From: Epithemia pelagica
Taxonomy: Eukaryota > Protista > Bacillariophyta
Assembly: GCA_946965045.2 (NCBI GenBank)
Contig: OX337233.1
Coordinates: 2,542,001 to 2,606,000 of the forward strand
DNA: 64,000 nt
Direction of reading: 5' to 3'
In this document: positions 31,501 through 43,438 of the stretch, in pieces
Numbering within the stretch: position 1 is the first letter of the stretch
How the letters are laid out: each line of letters starts with the position of its first letter
Notes under the pieces: model-generated
What the model saw: only the letters and a program-made list of their open reading frames with translations
The model's database searches: none
Told to the model about the DNA's origin: nothing
Position numbers and translations under genes: made by a program

Positions 31501-32524
31501 ATTGACTGTGAAATTGTGGCCTTGGGTTCCGCCAATTGATATGGTGATGTCTTTCTTAGATACCTCGGACAAACCAGTGGACAACGGGAGCCTCAGAGCC
31601 TATCGCACAATTGATGACATTGAAGCTATACGTCGAGCCTTTGAGGGGATTGGTGGAGATGAGTTCGGCCCTTATCGTTTGTTTCAGGGAGTTCTTCGAG
31701 TTGTGAAGTTGTGGGCATATAGAGAAAATATATACGGAGCATCCATGGGGTATCTGGGAGGTGGTGGTTTCTCTGTTCTCGTTGCCAGGGTTCTTCTTGA
31801 TGGATACAGATGCGGTACCCTCAGCTTGAATGATTCAATAACAGCTACAAACTATTTCTTCGAAACAGCATCACGGTGGACATCTATCATATTCACACTG
31901 TCCCCGGAATTGGAAGGCAAGGAAGTGACGAGAAGGGAAATGGATCGGGCAATATCTCGCGGAACCATGTGTGTCCTTGCTCCATCAAGCGATGGGAACC
32001 ATGGACGCAACAGCCTGAAAGCAACAACTCGTGCGACTCTGTCCTCGTTTGCAAATGCACAGATGTTGAAGGCTGAATCACTGTTTGAAAACCAGCCATC
32101 GATCGCAGAAAAGGCCGAAACGTTGTATTCTCACGCAATTCGTCTTCAAATTGGTATTGACAAATCGATATTGTTAGGTGGAGGAGCGGCAGAGGGAACA
32201 ACTGAACGTCCATTGATGGCAGAGATCAAGGCATGGGGAAATTCGCATGTTCTCAGGGTCCTTGGCGACCTCGAACGACGTTTTGCTACATTCTGTGATC
32301 ACGTGCGTCTTTTCTCGAACTCCATCAAGAGCACAAATGATCCGACCCTCTACATTGTGTGGTTCATGGGTGTGGATTGTTTTTCAGATTCGGTTGCTGC
32401 TTACCTTGAACACTATTCGGATGTCTGGAACAAGGAGACGCGATCTGAACTTCCTGATTTGTATCAATCAATCACAACCAATGTTGGATTTATTGATATG
32501 AACAAAGATACATTATTCAAATAA
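28559..32524 (+). CDS. Multidomain RNA end-processing protein: MJ1316 - EEP phosphatase/nuclease - 2H phosphoesterase - poly(A) polymerase-type nucleotidyltransferase
   Basis: MJ1316: LRTAEDVLHRLRW, IGYDDR, IPEHRIWYFR, VLWDR. EEP: SWNVLFD, LQEVT, NLHL, GDFN, NDRI, SDH. 2H: PHIT and PHVS. PAP: TGSY...SDIDAV, VVKLWAYRENIYGASMGYLGG. Confidence 0.85.
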   Translation: MSGSSNNKSKNGSNRKKPVQKLRTAEDVLHRLRWCPLPEERGAVMIGYDDRVRGPMETALDDFSSIQEGGDIPEHRIWYFRCQPPSLVLSTTTEPTPGSEQHVDQTDPNALESVSQRPTGDASDDSIEAASEEANPHDPISRLNDTEINDMVLWDRLGKVDMLFGSGVGKSPHKISPTTTQNIRAAMSNMQQIEAERLERRQQRDHERQRLAAKRQARKQGLGISAANDDDKNMSSVGDTFATAASENTASNHNGTVATANNKSSHAHRREQERYTWHATGHFDYSKEEGSWKPSVAHELGRSTSPNESMDRELKIVSWNVLFDLHNDHDNNIVDVTETRQAEENSEDDIRRWTKLIAELAGSDADIIALQEVTPTFLDLLVSSRWVQDKFCLSAAPGHTETVTPSGNMVLWCRSQDRLRPLSAWICRDGAVKQRSNMVLLEWNHVVLLIANLHLLADPLQRSAAAARHRELSSVIGQLQILESKLWQRQNQPNNNRIRATVPIVLGDFNANEQQKELQNGCFEGEAVLGNRFSQGFFVDTWAVLQKSSMPDQLSDGFTFDPRTNSRAKRTRALTTQTLAPKRNDRIYIARQWTSQDPTDDIALLPISGELLCQNDSMPPSDHFGLSISFRQGPLLNHPATGPTLCNPGHIERNAWAASAESTVDSLLGIVLGRSVVGGVSFCDSSSTLPIPHITMLHGFADFGSSQGKSLALQACTNAVDHFLKHQEHDHQDGFSLTFSPSCLEVLSHQSSATLVASPEMERESSSWLRDLYECLIGTFRRCHQQESRFDSGWKPHVSLGQYGTSITARSRLVELRESERWLTEDCVIPVYAITLFQRYKVDGKIYAVASVPLSRKPPSPCRHPRIVNTVFSDMGESWSRYFRGQCQALILEVDRACRHCASVLNCGRASIIPTGSYAIGVGLPDISDIDAVVQVRATDTSVRISSRLFFHELAQHLVAIHPGAKIRSRVAGTSTAPLEILTVKLWPWVPPIDMVMSFLDTSDKPVDNGSLRAYRTIDDIEAIRRAFEGIGGDEFGPYRLFQGVLRVVKLWAYRENIYGASMGYLGGGGFSVLVARVLLDGYRCGTLSLNDSITATNYFFETASRWTSIIFTLSPELEGKEVTRREMDRAISRGTMCVLAPSSDGNHGRNSLKATTRATLSSFANAQMLKAESLFENQPSIAEKAETLYSHAIRLQIGIDKSILLGGGAAEGTTERPLMAEIKAWGNSHVLRVLGDLERRFATFCDHVRLFSNSIKSTNDPTLYIVWFMGVDCFSDSVAAYLEHYSDVWNKETRSELPDLYQSITTNVGFIDMNKDTLFK

Positions 32525-32598
32525 GTTACAAAGTCTATAAGCGCGGCTAACACTAATAAGCTGCTGTTACCGTTATCTCGCGATTGAATTCAAAGGCC

Positions 32599-35500
32599 TC
32601 AGTTTTTGCCGTGCTTCACAGCCTCCAATCTTGCTCGGAGGTTGGCTGCAGCCGTGGTTCGATCTAAGGTACCAGAAGCAGAGGAGGATCTGGCAACATG
32701 CCTTTCGCGCACACCGTCCGCAACTTTCGGTACGCCTCGACCGCTTTCGGAAGGCGCGCCCCTCGTCACCTTGGATGGTGATGGCAATGCCAATCCGGAT
32801 TGTGCCGATGCTCGTCGAGAGGGTGAGGGCTGCGCTAAGCGCGATCGAGGAGAGGGGTGTGCCAGGCGGGTGGACCGCGAAGGTCCAGAGGTTACAGAAG
32901 TTGACACTGACAACCTATTTGGCAGAGGGTCTGCGGTTGGTTCTTTCTCAGGAGCTTGAGCAACGGCATCCTCTCCAATTGCGGGTTGCACAGCTCGTTC
33001 CGTCGCTTGTAGACGAGTGCGTAATTTACGCAATCTTTCAGACATTGAGTTGCAGCTCTCTGAATTAGCAGGGCTTGATGCCCCGGAAGCAAGTTGGTCT
33101 TCTATGAATTTCCGAAATGGAGGTGAAACTTCTTCAAGGTATGCTTCAAGCTCTGCGGTTCCAAATTCATCTTTGTGACGCCGGAGTTCAGCTAGAGCCT
33201 TGCCACGATCAAGACCCTCCTTCGAATTTCCAAGGGCAGTAACAAGCTCAGCAATAGATGGCCCTCTCGTGTTGTCCGAATTCTCGTTCCCAACGTCATT
33301 CATTTCAAGAGCCAATCCTACCCTGAGATCTTCTTCGGATAAGGAACTGACAAGATCAGCCAAAGAAGAGTACTTCGTAGATATGGCTGCACCCTCCATG
33401 ATTTTCCTTATCTGACCTGATCCACCATGTACCTTTAATATGGATTCAGTTAAACTCGACACCATTTCTCTGGACGCATCGCTGTATGGTCCATGGCTGT
33501 CCCTACAACGGTCCAGTGTGTCATCCATGATGGAGACCAAAGACTCCATATCCATGCTTGTCAAAGTGTAAGGGGTTTCAGCCGCTTCTTCGGCCTTAAT
33601 AACTCGCAAAAACAATCTTGAAATTACCCTCGAAAGACGACCATTGAAATCTTTAGCATCACTAAGTTCGGCGTCATTGGCTTCAGTAGCGAGTTGCTGT
33701 TGTATAGTAATTAATGCATGAAATGAGGTGTGTCTTGGAGCTCCAGTAGCTGCATTGACTGCTGTTTTGTTTATCGCTTTTGCCATCTGCGCACAAGTCG
33801 CGTCGTCAAGATCTGATTCAGCTGAAAATCTGGGGTCGAGCAGGATCGTAGCAGTCTCCCGTACAAGTAAAGTCAAGTCATCAAGACCGACATTCGATGC
33901 GACGTCAGAAAAACGAAATAACGCCATAAGCGTAGCCAGTGACACCGATAGTAACGGGATGGAGATTCCGGCAGTGCTGTTGGATCCAAGACAAGACAAT
34001 GAAAATCGAATGACACTTCGAGAAACATATTAGACAGGTCAGTTATGTACACACAGACTCGCCTCCTTTCTTACCTTATGAGGTGTGAGATTAGAACACT
34101 AACATTCTCCACCAAAACTTTTTTGAGTGTCGTTTGTCCACCCCCATTTGTCTCTGCTGAGTTAGCTAGAGCGGTGTGGACTTTCTTCAAAGAACGTGTT
34201 GTCGTCAAGATATCAGGGTCGTCATCAAGCAATGGTGTTGACCTAACAAGGAGAGCCTTCACATGGCTAAGCACTCTCTTGTATTCTTCTCTTCCATCTC
34301 CCTGAGCTAGAATGGCCGAAATGTCATCGAAGTCTCTTTCTCCTTGGGGAGGCTTTTGATCAGCATCCGAACCCTTGTTTTTTTCCTTTATTTTCAACAA
34401 GCGTGCCCTGAGGGACGCAGCGGTTCCAAGAGTACCGCCCATCTGTGATGTATGATGAGAGACGATAGGTTGAGAATCTGCCATGTCATTGATGGAATTG
34501 CTTTGCGCCCGTGCTGTCTCCACCGGGTCGTGTAAAACCTGGGCGCGGAACAGATCGGAAGACACCGAATCTTGCTGAGAATCAGCTAGGCGCTCGTCTG
34601 CGCGAGACATTGCCGATTGACCAAAGGCAAATGGATCATTTGGATTCAACGTTGATCTTTCTTCGTGACGACCAATTTGTTCTAAGGGTTCTGCCTCCGA
34701 TCTCAGGTTGAAAGCTGGAAGCTCATCTTGGAGAGTGGCACTCCGTTCGGATCCTGGTGTTTCGTGAGATGCAACTCCGAAATTTCTTCTTTCCGGTGTC
34801 AATTCCACAGGCACATCATTCATCTTCTTCACCGAAGGGATCGGGGGAGGCAGGAGCTCCTTTCTTGACCCATTCTTTTTCCATCGCTCTTCGATAGCCT
34901 CCTGCGCTTTAGAACTCAGAGCAGTGCCACATATTTTCGCCAGCTTTGTAACATCCCCGTTCATTCGTCGAACAATTTCTTCCATTAGATCCAACGCTGC
35001 AGCCTTCGTTTCGGGAAGGTGCTCTTCGGAAAGTGACTTTGCGGCTACAACGACACCCTTTTTCCCAATTCCAGGCAGTCCAGCAGTCACAACGCACTCG
35101 CGACAAATTGCGAACGCCAACGCCCTTGCTTTCGCGTGGTTTGAGCGCTCAATCACTTGAACGCATGCAACTGGGCCCAATATTTTGGTTGAAATAAGGG
35201 TTTCAGAGCGAAGTTGACCTACTATCTCCATAAAAGACTCGCGAAAGCGACCTTTTGCATTGCTTGTTTTCTCAATAAGAAAAGGAACAATCACGCATAC
35301 TTCGTCTTCGGAGAGTCCTCGTTTAAGTTCAAGGAGGAATCCAAACAGTTTGTCGATGAGCGATAGGATTGATTGTAAACCAACAGTTGCTTCTTTACAA
35401 CAAAGAACAAACGCTATCCACTTCAGCATGCATTCCAGGTGAATATCGACGACTTCATAGCTACCGCTGTCTAACTCCATTGTGAGGGCACGTTCGAGCA

Positions 35501-38500
35501 ATTCACAGCCTTCTTTAGCGTCATCTTGTTTCTTAATGCCTCCAGGCGGGAAAAGTTTTGCTGAACTGGACGGTGGAAGAGCGGTGCTCCATGATCTTTT
35601 GAGATTCATGAATAACGGCCCGTTAGGTTCTTCCGGAAACTGAGGCCACGCAACGTACTTCGGTTGAATTGCTCGTCCTCCCGTACGTGGTAACAGAGGG
35701 TGTCCTGACGATTCCTTAGATGGTTGATGTGAGGGAGGAAGCTGGTTACGACTACGACTCATCTGCTGGCGATTAGAATGTTTTGGCTCCTGTCGCCCAA
35801 TCGATCCCCTTCTCGATGAATTTCCAACCGAACCAGGTTCTTGCCGGCTGATCGATCCTGACCTATTATCGTTGATAGATGCGCGGCCACCAGGGATTTT
35901 TGCGGCGGGCGAAGATTCCCCCGCAACATGAGATGCTTTGGACGCGCGGGTATCCGGTGACGGAACATTTTCTTTTTCACCAGTTTTCATACTGGAAGGT
36001 TTAGCGAGCTTGGCAATCAATGGAGCAACACTGCGTTGTTTAGCGGGTTTCATAACGTCAACTGTCTGATGACAAATGGATGTTGTTATCACGTCGTGTT
36101 CGATCGATTTTTCGATCAATGAAAAAGCAGCACTCCTTACTTCTGCTTTAGAGGAGGAGAGACAGTCAATTAACACCTTTGCATATCGGTCTCCAAGAGT
36201 GCTTCCCTGGGATGAGCTGATTTCCATAAAGTTGGGCAGGTATTCAACGAAGGAATGCAAGCAGGAAAGCAAGTCGGCCAAACCAGTGGACCTTAACGCT
36301 GTATCATTGAACTCGCTCGTGAAAGCAACAAATAGAGCCTCAAGTGAATCTTCGTTGGGTTCTGACCCTTCTAGGGATGATGACCGGACACCAGAGGTGA
36401 TTGCGTCAATAGCTGCATCGCGGACGGGTTTCTTGATGTCATGCATACTCGAGTTGACGAGGGCTGGAAAAACAATTTTTCCGAGGCGGCTTTGCGTCGG
36501 TTTATCGACTTTTGAAACAAGGTCCCCAATGGTGCGCGCGGCAAGGGGTCTGAGATTAATTTGTGTATCAGTGAGACGATCTCTGAGTGCCCTGCACAAT
36601 TCGACCATGAACCTTAAGTTGGCCCCAGAAGCGTCAAGTAAGCCATTGCAGCTCTTGAGCGAAGTAGACACTTCCTCAATCGCTTCTTTCCGCATCTTCC
36701 ACGCAGCTTTGCCATCTTTAGAATTCATTTTTGAAACGATGTCAACATCGAGAGAGGAGCTAAGATCTGTTCTGGGGATATCCATTTTCATGGTTCCATT
36801 TGCACCCGCCTCATCACCTGCACTAGCACAGCTTCTACAAATTGATTGTTTGGGCCGATCTTTTGAACCTTCTTGTGGATCATATGGGTTTGATTCGAAA
36901 GCTTGCTCCAACAAAGCTTGGTGAGAACCGACGGACATTTGAAGAGCTAGAGCTTTGAATGCAGGACCCAGTTGTTTGTGCAATTCACCGATAGCGACCG
37001 ATGCCTCCTTTTTGACTTTGGGATTTGAAGATCCGACCTCTCGCAACAACCAAGAAACAATTTCACTTATAGATGGTCCGATTGACTGCGCACCGAAATC
37101 ATGGCAAAAGGAGACAAACAACCTGAGCATATTTTCATGTCCTATCGGAGATTTTACAGATTCAAGCGCAGCCACGGCTTTAAGAAGTACTTCGTTTGGA
37201 TGAGCAACAACACACAACCAAGACAAAACTTCGGAGCACGAGCCATAGAGTTTCTTGTCCTGAATCTTCAGGACAGCCGCGGTTGCTCCGTCAGCCACAG
37301 CCCATTCCATTAAAGGAACATTGGCAGATTCGTGATAAGCGCACACTTCCGAGAATAACTGTAGTATACTCTTCATGATGTTCACGTTCGTCTCCTTGAA
37401 TCCCCTTGTGTGCTCCTTGGTGACAACAAGAATAGATGAAGAATTCTTACTCGTATCCTTCGACGACGTATCGACCTGTCCTGTCTCAATAAACCCACTC
37501 AAAGTTTTAATGGCGTCATTTTTTAGAGTCCATTTTGAGGAGCTTAATCCAGCTAGAACGCCTCTGTCGTCCTCCTCTGAATCCCATTCTGGAATTCCAA
37601 GCTGCGCTAAATGGTCCACTGCTTCTTCAAGTTCCATTGAAGATAGATTCCTTGCACTCTCGTTCACAGTAGAAACATTTGTTGTTGCACGACTTGAACT
37701 ATCGGTTGCAGTAGGCTTCTTTGGTGGGTGCCTAGTTCGAGATGTTGTCACAGTAGCCTGCTCCCGCCGTGTCGCCGCAGAAGTCCGGCGTAGACTCATC
37801 GAACCACCTGCTGTACTCTCGGGTGACACCGTTCCTCGTCCTGATCCGATGGGTGCTTTGGTGGGACTCGACTTTGTTGGGGTGCCAGAAGACATCGAGG
37901 CGGAACCAGTAATGGTCTTGTATGCTCTTGCATGGGTGCTTTGCAAGGACTCAATCTTGCTGACTACAATTTCTTCGAAATCTGAACTCTCCAACGACTT
38001 CAATGCATGGAAAATATTCATGGCTTCCTTTCGTACTCCTGCATCAGAATCATCAAGCTTTAATGTTGCAAGCTTTAGTATGGAATTGACGTGCTGTGAC
38101 GAGAGGGACGACCGAGGTCCAGCACTTCCGTTCCGATTCACGCATCGGACAAGATACTCGAGAGAAGAGGTTCGAGCGATGGCATTCTTCTCTTTCTTTT
38201 CATCCACGGCAGCAATAATCGCGTCCTCCTGGTCCAAGATGTGATCAAACGAAAGTACGTTACCAAACAGAGCATCCACGGCACTTCCAGCCGCTTTTGT
38301 CAGCTTCTTGTCCTTCGTTAACTTCAATAGGGTTGGGAGCACTGGTCTGAGTTGAGGAAACAACCGTTCTCCCACTCCCTCAGCCAACATGGCAATGACT
38401 TCCATGGCTTTCGAAACGACAGCAAAATGGGTGTGTTTGAGAAGCTGCTTCATTTCGCTAATCAAAGGAATATAGTTGACTGTTGGTGACGGCTGCACAA

Positions 38501-41500
38501 GTTTGTACGGCTTCTCGCCTCCAGCTTCAATGGCAGCTTTCAAGGCAGCCACCTTCTCTGACCACTTTTGGTTATCTATGCGAGTTGGGTACTCCGTTTT
38601 CGGAAGAGCTGCTATTAAATTCACCGCGGGCCGTGCAGCATATCTTTGAGCTTCAAGCTCCGCGGTGCTAGGCCGCAGAGAACTGGGATCTCCTGATTCC
38701 CCGCTACCATCACCACTATCATTTCCAGATGCACTGCGCAAGCGTCGGAGAGGTGGTGAAGCATCTGGTTGTTTTGCTAGAAGGCCATCGAGTTCAGATA
38801 CTTGTGCGCTTTTCATCTGGTCAATAATTTTTTGAAACGAGCCTTTTGATAACGCCCGACAAAGTTCAGCCATAATCATGAGACCAATTTCCCTCACTTT
38901 AACGTTCGGATTGGACAAGATCTGAGGAATGGCGGATTCCACGGCATTAAGTGGAAGGACGCTGACACCAAATTCTACGCAGGCAGAATGGACAAGCGAT
39001 CCAGATGCCAAGACAACTTTGGGCTTCTTTGATTTCAGGCCTTCCGTCAACAGAATTTCAATAACTGCATGAGCCGAAGATGTTCCCTCTACTCCGACTT
39101 CCATGAGCTTAAGCGCAAGATCGGAAGCGAGCTTAAGCGTAGATGGTCTCGAAGATAACCCGTTCTTTTTGACCAAGGACATTGAGATCATGGCAGCTTG
39201 TTCGGCCTCCCCAGCTTTTCGACAATACTCTGCGTAAGTTATCAAGAATTCCAAGGCCTTGTCCAGAGCTCCAACGTTGGTGTCTTCGGCCATTTTCGCA
39301 ACCATTCCATCAAGATTTTCCATGACTTCATCACTGTCAACCTTCCCGATAGAGTCTTCATCGCTTGACAAACTCTTTAGTTTTCTGTTCAGAAGTTCGT
39401 AGGATTGAACTCGCAATTTCCAGTCTTTGCTGACAAGAGCAGAAGGCAAGGTTTCTTCCGTTACTTCTTCTTCCGAATCAGGCGCACTTCCAGAAGATGG
39501 AAAGGGTGACGGGGATGGAGGAGCCTTTGTCACAACAGGAGATTGTCTCTGCATTGGCACCTCGGGTCGTTTGTCGACCACCGCCTCCTCGCGGTCATCT
39601 CCTGCATCAAATCGATTTGATGCAGATCCAGCCGAGATGGCACGGAGCTCCGCCAACAATTCGGCATCTTCAGCTGCGCCCCCACGATCTCCATTAAAGG
39701 TATTTGGAAGAGACGATTTCAATCCATATCCGGCACTTTCGTTTGTGGATTGAGCAGGTTCAGGGGCAGTTTGAGCATTGGATTCGGACGAACTTTTCCG
39801 TTTCCACGGCGGTGTAGAATCGCGTTTGTTTCGGCCCACACTCTTTTTTACCGCCACTGGCGACTGTCGTGGCATGGGTGCTGTCGAAGGTTTGTCGGCT
39901 GGCTCGTCTGGTTGGTCGTCTCCGGAAGCAAAGCGACTTGCTGACGACCCAGCCGAAATGGCACGGAGCTCCGCCAACAATTCCGCATCTTCGGCCGCTC
40001 CTCCACGATCCCCACTAAACGTATTAGGCAGGCTGGATTTTAATCCAAATCCTGCACTTTCATTGGCAGGCATGACATCTGCCGATTCTTTGTCCTCAGT
40101 GGCAACAGGTTGTGAAGCTGGCTGCGCGTTCGATTTGGTCGAGCTCTTGCGCTTCCACGGCGGTGTAGAATCACGCTTGTTGCGGCCCGCCGGTTTCTTT
40201 GCCGCTACCGGAGACTGTCGTTGCATCGGAGCCTCTGGCTGTTTTTCCACCACCGTTTCTGGTTGGTCATCTTCGGAAGCAAAGCGACTTGCCGAAGAGC
40301 CAGCCGAAATGGCACGGAGCTCTGCCAAAAGTTCTTCATCTTCGGCTGCGCCGCCACGATCTCCATTAAAGGTATTTGGAAGGCTTGATTTCAGTCCATA
40401 TCCGGCACTCTCGTTGGAAGGCATAACATCTGGTGCCTTGGATGACTCAGTGGACGCTCTGCTGGTGCCCGAGTGTTGGTTGGAATTTTTGCGTTTCCAC
40501 GGAGGTGTCGAATCGCGTCGCGACCGCGAGGCTGGACCCGCACGCAAAGTCTGTTCCCGAGACTCAACCGGAGGCTTGTCATCCTCGTCGTCACCGAATC
40601 GGCCCGCTGCTCCCGAGGAGGATGAAATAGCTTGCAATTCGGCAAGAAGCTCGGCGTCCTCTGCTGCTCCACCACGGTCGCCATTAAAAGTCTTTGGTAA
40701 CGACGATTGGATGGGACCACTTTCTCTGGAAACGCTCTCTTCTTTGTTTGATTTATTGAAGCCGGACGACGACCTCGATGCTCCTGGACTTGCCCGGGCA
40801 GCGATATATCCTGGTTCATCGTCATTATTGTCATCCTCGGACACAAAACGATCTGATTTGTTGGAAATGGCTCGAAGCTCTGCCAAGAGCTCTGCATCCT
40901 CTGCTGCGCCACCTCGTTCACCCGTAAAAGTGTTGGGAAGACTTGACTTGATGCCACCGTGAGTAGTCCTCTTGTTTGTACCAGGACTTTGTGGGGGTTG
41001 CGCTGGGCTTCGACCAGGGGAAGCAGCACTCGTCGACTTTTGGGGAGTCGATGATCTCTTTGTAGAGCCATTTTTCCTCTTCCATGGGGGTGTTTCGTTG
41101 GGATCTCGTTTAGACTTTGGGCGAGGTGGTGATCGTTCCGGTGCTGCAGCTGGAATCTCCGCAGTCTGATTCTCGTCCTCATCGGATTGGAAGCGACCGG
41201 CACTTGCAGATTTGTCGGAAATAGCTCGCAGCTCTGCCAACAGTTCTTCATCTTCAGCTGCTCCACCTCGATCTCCTGTAAAGGTGTTTGGTAAGCTTGA
41301 CTTGATACCTCCTGTAGCACTGTTTTTGGCAGGGGAAGCCACGACCACCACGTCGTCTTGCTGTCCCTTGTTGTTTCTGTTGGACGCGCTTTTTCGTTTC
41401 CATGGTGGTGTCCCTCGTGTTTCCCGCTTGGACGATGTACGAGATGGCGGCGGAGGTTCTGGCGCATCTTGTACAACCGTTGTTGTTGCGTGTATCGGCT

Positions 41501-42332
41501 CCTCAGCTCCTTCGTCCGATGCAAACCGATCCGAAGCACCCGATTTCGCAGATATGGCTCGCAGCTCCGCCAAGAGCTCGGCGTCTTCAGCCGCTCCACC
41601 ACGATCTCCACTGAAAGTACTAGGAAGGTTAGATTTTATTCCATAGCCTTGCTCTTCGTTTGCAGAAGTGGCCTCCAATCCGCTCGATAGTGGGACGGCA
41701 TCTTCTTCCTCCGATCGGAATCGATCGGCGGCACCCGACTGTGACGAAATCTTTCGAAGCTCGGCCAAGAGTTCGGCATCTTCCGCGGGACCTCCGCGAT
41801 CACCCTGGAAGGTAGAAGGGAGGTTCGACTTGATACCCTGGCCTCCTTGGGGCGCCGGGGAAGGCGATCGTTGTTTCAAGTCGGATTTGCGGCGTTCGGT
41901 TTCGACTCGATCGACCACAGCAGCAGGAGGTTTGCGATTGCGACCAGCCGAAGTGGGAGGCGTCTGTGGCTTTTTGGCACCTGCCTTCATGGGAGGTGTA
42001 CGACTTCCGGCCGGTGATCGACGAGAGGTGGCAGGGGACGGAGCACGACGTACGGGTGTCGTTGTCTTGTTGGTTCTCGTCGTGGCAGGCGATGGTGTTC
42101 GTGTTCTACCCCCTGCAGGGGAGGCTTGTCGAGAAGGATGCTTCACGATAGAACCCGATGGGTCCTTTCGTGACGGAGTAGATGACTTCTTGGTTGCATT
42201 ATTTGTAGTGACAGTATTTTTTTCAGGCTCCTTTGTGAGATCGTCGTCGTCGTAGTCGTCGAACCGGGATGTCGCCGAACGATTGGAGATGGCTTTCAAT
42301 TCTGCCAGCAGAGCTGCTTCGTCTTCGTCCAT
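32599..42332 (-). CDS. CKAP5: XMAP215/ch-TOG/MOR1 microtubule polymerase with a repeat-rich N-terminal extension; complement(join(32599..33976,34075..42332)), ~3211 aa
   Basis: TOG starts LVSKDWKLRVQSY, NQKWSEKVAAL, SSSKWTLKNDAI and AAWKMRKEAIEEV; HEAT repeats; C-terminal LRARL helices. Intron 33977-34074 (GTAAG...CAG) keeps the frame (HLIS-TAGI). Confidence 0.9.
39610..42332 (-). repeat. Coding repeat array: 8 full copies plus 1 partial copy of a ~40-aa unit GIKSSLPNTFxGDRGGAAEDAELLAELRAIS...RF
   Basis: Counted directly in the 2756-aa ORF; interleaved with five TPPWKRK motifs. Confidence 0.93.
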
Positions 42333-42743
42333 CTTTCGCAACTGTTGGCTGAATCACCGATGCCAACGACACGGGATCGTAATAGGACACGGCACAAACG
42401 GATGTAACAGCGACAATCAAATAATGGAGGATGTTCCAAACTTCACACACTTGTGCTTCTCTGCTTTCGCCCTCGTCGTCTTTGCCCACTGTCACTCTGT
42501 GTGACACCGAAATCTCGCAATCGCTCCACCTGATGGGTTGGCGTGCGCGGCAAAGAGGAGGAGGACGGGTAAAAAGCTGTTTAATCGAAGGAGAAATGAG
42601 CCGATCCGTCAATGGCCCGCGCTTCGACTCCGCACTAAAATCCTTAACCCTATACAGCAACAACATCATCAACAAAATGGACGAACGACGATGGACTTTG
42701 TCCTCTCCAGTACGACCTTGACACAAACTTCATTGACACAAAA

Positions 42744-43328
42744 ATGGCTACCCCTACAGAACAGTCTACGCATACATTGCTAGACTCCTCCAAGGTAGCG
42801 GCTACACCAGACATCAATACTCCTGTTGGAGAAGAGAAAACAGCAACATCCGATTCGGACCCGCCCCGGGAATATCCATTGCCCTCCACTACGAGCAGCG
42901 TATCGGATTCTTTGTTGTCCGGTGACAAAGAAGCCGCGGTGCGCCATGCCGAGATGGAGGGTTATCTTGCGTCGCAGCAGGAACCAGAAACTAAGAAACA
43001 ACGCCGATCGACGCAAAAGAAGAAGAAGAAGAAGAAGGTTCCTACAGAAAACCACCTTAAACTACGAAGCCTCATCGACGCCTATGGTGATTGGGAGGAA
43101 AAGCTTAAGGACAAGCTTCGAAAGTCGGAATTCTGCTTGTGTGTGGGGATTGTCATGAAGTACGCCACTGAAGATACCTATCCCAACGACGATCCTGATG
43201 AGAACCCAGAGCATATGCTCTTGGCCCGTCCAGGATGGGAGCTCTTTCGTGCATACAAGAAGTTTGCGGACAAACATCCAGAGTGCAGCAATCAGACAAA
43301 GCACAGCGGAGAGTGGGAAATGCAGTGA
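42744..43328 (+). CDS. Hypothetical protein
   Basis: 194-aa ORF with a low-complexity N-terminus, poly-K, and a globular-looking C-terminal half. Confidence 0.55.
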   Translation: MATPTEQSTHTLLDSSKVAATPDINTPVGEEKTATSDSDPPREYPLPSTTSSVSDSLLSGDKEAAVRHAEMEGYLASQQEPETKKQRRSTQKKKKKKKVPTENHLKLRSLIDAYGDWEEKLKDKLRKSEFCLCVGIVMKYATEDTYPNDDPDENPEHMLLARPGWELFRAYKKFADKHPECSNQTKHSGEWEMQ

Positions 43329-43438
43329 TCATTTTTGCTATCACCAATAGCCCGCCATTATATATGAATACAAAAAGGCAAATGTTGTAACGCCACTGTG
43401 CTCGCCAACAACCCCATGAAGACCTTGGATAAATTTTC

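Noticed and set aside
36076-38244. Plus-strand ORFs of 282 and 289 aa
   Set aside because: Antisense to conserved TOG domains, with no motifs of their own.
39427-42255. Long plus-strand and alternative-frame ORFs (39778-40962, 40391-41611, 41212-41646, 41668-42255)
   Set aside because: These are shadows of the repeat-rich XMAP215 N-terminus; their repeats are just the reverse-complement translation.
42600-42640. GCTTCGACTCC resembling a tRNA T-loop/B-box
   Set aside because: No acceptor, D or anticodon stems could be built; I recognised no tRNA, rRNA or snRNA in the window.
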